From the NCBI GenBank assembly GCA_039589315.1, contig JBDHHQ010000038.1, positions 1-39,763 on the forward strand: DNA of 39,763 nucleotides, written 5' to 3'. Made by a program: the position numbers and the translations under genes. The notes beneath the pieces are model-generated. The model was given only the letters and a program-made list of their open reading frames with translations. It searched no databases and was not told where the DNA came from. Shown here piece after piece: positions 38,371 through 39,763 of this stretch (positions within the stretch are counted from its first letter, which is position 1; each line of letters opens with the position of its first letter). Source of the stretch: Gemmatimonadota bacterium (GTDB lineage: Bacteria; Gemmatimonadota; Gemmatimonadetes; Longimicrobiales; Gaopeijiaceae).

Positions 38371-38574
38371 ATGAAGCACGTAGGGTTCGTATTCACCTGG
38401 GCTTATGCATTCGTCGTCGGCGGAGCGTTGTTGATCACTCCCGCGGGTATCATCCCTATCGTGACTAACCCTGGGATTAGGATCGTGATTGGCCTGCTTT
38501 CAATCGCTGTAGGACTACTGGGCTTTAATAGTTGGCGGAAACTAGCTGCCAGGGCAGCCACCGGGCGGGAGTAA
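38371..38574 (+). CDS. 67-aa two-TM membrane protein
   Basis: AGGAGG RBS before ATG 38371; two hydrophobic helices and a basic tail. Confidence 0.7.
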   Translation: MKHVGFVFTWAYAFVVGGALLITPAGIIPIVTNPGIRIVIGLLSIAVGLLGFNSWRKLAARAATGRE

Positions 38575-38761
38575 TATCGGCGCTCTTTCGACTTGGCACA
38601 GGAGAGTCGGGAGCCCTCTCAAAAGGGCGGCGGCGTGGCCTCGCCTCTAACCACACCGCGTCGAGATGCGGTTCGCCACTTCGACATTCTGAAGACTGAG
38701 GAGTAGAAGCTCGAACCACTGATCAACAGCGCAGGGGGCACCTGCCAGAAGGGGAAGACCG

Positions 38762-39508
38762 ATGTCCGCTCTCGTCGCTGCCGGATTCGCCGCCGGCCTG
38801 ACCGCCTTGGTGTGGTATCTACTGTTCGAGCTGTTCCACGGCCTCGATCCCGCGGGCGTCCGTGACTACGTCCCCTGCGCCGGCGACTGGAACGAGGCCC
38901 GGATGAACGGGTGTGCCAACGGACTCAATCGCCTCCCTCAGCAACCCGTGAATACGTACACCAACCTCGCATACCTCGCGTCGAGCGCCTTCGTGGCCCT
39001 CAGCCTCATGACGGCCCCGGCCTATGTCCTGGGTGTGGCCTCGTTTTACCACTGTCTAGGTTCGGCGCTGTATCACGGAACATCGACCCGCTGGGGAGGC
39101 TATCTGGACATCAGCGGCATGTTCGCAGTGTTCGGGGCAATCGCGGCGTACGCGGTGTGCATCCTGCTCGGAGTCGTCGAACCCTGGCTCACCGCAGCGA
39201 TGATCGTAATCGCCGTGTTCTCCGGTCTCCTGCTTCGGAAGCCGTTCCGAAACCGTGTCATCCTCCTGATCGCTATCTTCTTAGTCTTGATCTACGGGGC
39301 GGCGGCGATCGGTCTGTCGCTAGGGAATAACCGTGCTGCGATCCCCTGGCTCATAGCCTCGTTCGTTGTCTTCCTAGTGGCGTTCGTCATCTGGAACCTC
39401 GACAAGGCCGGCAACTTCCCGCTGCCGCGATGGGGACACGGTTTCTGGCATCTACTGACTGCCGGGGGCATCGCGCTCGTCTTCTACGGAACCGACCTGC
39501 TGCGCTGA
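38762..39508 (+). CDS. Ceramidase-domain (CREST superfamily) membrane hydrolase
   Basis: QPVNTYTNLAY, SxxxH (GSALYH), Asp (YLDISGM) and HxxxH (HGFWH) metal-binding motifs; about 7 TM helices. Confidence 0.8.
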   Translation: MSALVAAGFAAGLTALVWYLLFELFHGLDPAGVRDYVPCAGDWNEARMNGCANGLNRLPQQPVNTYTNLAYLASSAFVALSLMTAPAYVLGVASFYHCLGSALYHGTSTRWGGYLDISGMFAVFGAIAAYAVCILLGVVEPWLTAAMIVIAVFSGLLLRKPFRNRVILLIAIFLVLIYGAAAIGLSLGNNRAAIPWLIASFVVFLVAFVIWNLDKAGNFPLPRWGHGFWHLLTAGGIALVFYGTDLLR

Positions 39509-39516
39509 ACGGATCG

Positions 39517-39763
39517 CCCCTCCAACCCCTTCGGCCTCCCGTACCCCTCCGGGACGGCCATTCTCGCGCTAGGCCCCCGGAATTACCGCTGTTTCGCCTC
39601 GCACACGGGGAAGCAGGGGCGTGAAGGCGCTCCTGGGGGACTCCCTCGAACCCGGGGGGGCCTCCCGTACCCCTCCGGGACACGCCTCGTGAGCCAAGCC
39701 CCTGGAATTACCGCTGTTTCGCCTCGCACACGGGGAAGCAGGGGCGTGAAGGCGCTCCTGGGG
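39517..39763. repeat. About 125-bp structured tandem repeat (2 copies, runs to window end)
   Basis: GCCTCCCGTACCCCTCCGGGAC at 39534 and 39660; identical 60-nt block at 39579-39638 and 39704-39763. Confidence 0.9.

Larger units (their letters stand above)
35786..39763. mobile_element. Left part of a putative tRNA-Gly-targeted genomic island or decayed integrative element (no integrase in window)
   Basis: Starts at the tRNA break; att-arm-like repeats; unrelated accessory ORFs with visibly more A/T-ending codons; internal duplicated modules. Confidence 0.5.

Noticed and set aside
36212..39508. Classical integron cassette array
   Set aside because: No intI and no attC-like RYYYAAC...GTTRRRY sites between ORFs; the shared elements are 5' leaders rather than 3' recombination hairpins.
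39517..39763. CRISPR array at window end
   Set aside because: Only two units are visible, the 60-nt constant block is too long, and the variable parts are partly homologous to each other.

Overview
High-GC bacterial chromosome window. Gene content and order suggest Gemmatimonadota (inference from synteny and protein style, not a database result). Bases 1-35,100 are core genome: a 5S rRNA and terminator, a DivIVA-like gene, era, a PorV-like gene, rnr, a GGDEF/zinc-ribbon pair, and prfB (programmed +1 frameshift). A long co-oriented run follows: lysS-lolE-lolD-mcsA-mcsB-clpC-bamA-skp-lpxD-lpxC/fabZ-lpxA-Gfo/Idh/MocA-(44-aa micro-ORF)-lpxB-lpxK-rlmH-bshC-hypothetical-murJ-uvrC-TPR. From about 35,750 the window becomes accessory. 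Only the 5' half of a tRNA-Gly(CCC) remains, followed by att-arm-like repeats. Then come unrelated secreted/membrane ORFs that reuse the same non-coding modules (a ~170-bp leader twice, a 23-bp RBS/start block twice), ending in a ~125-bp structured tandem repeat. The most notable items are this modular cassette-like island at a split tRNA, an Era GTPase lacking its switch I/G2 segment, an unannotated membrane micro-protein in the lipid A operon, and probable CTG starts for lpxB and bshC. All calls are by eye; no searches were run.
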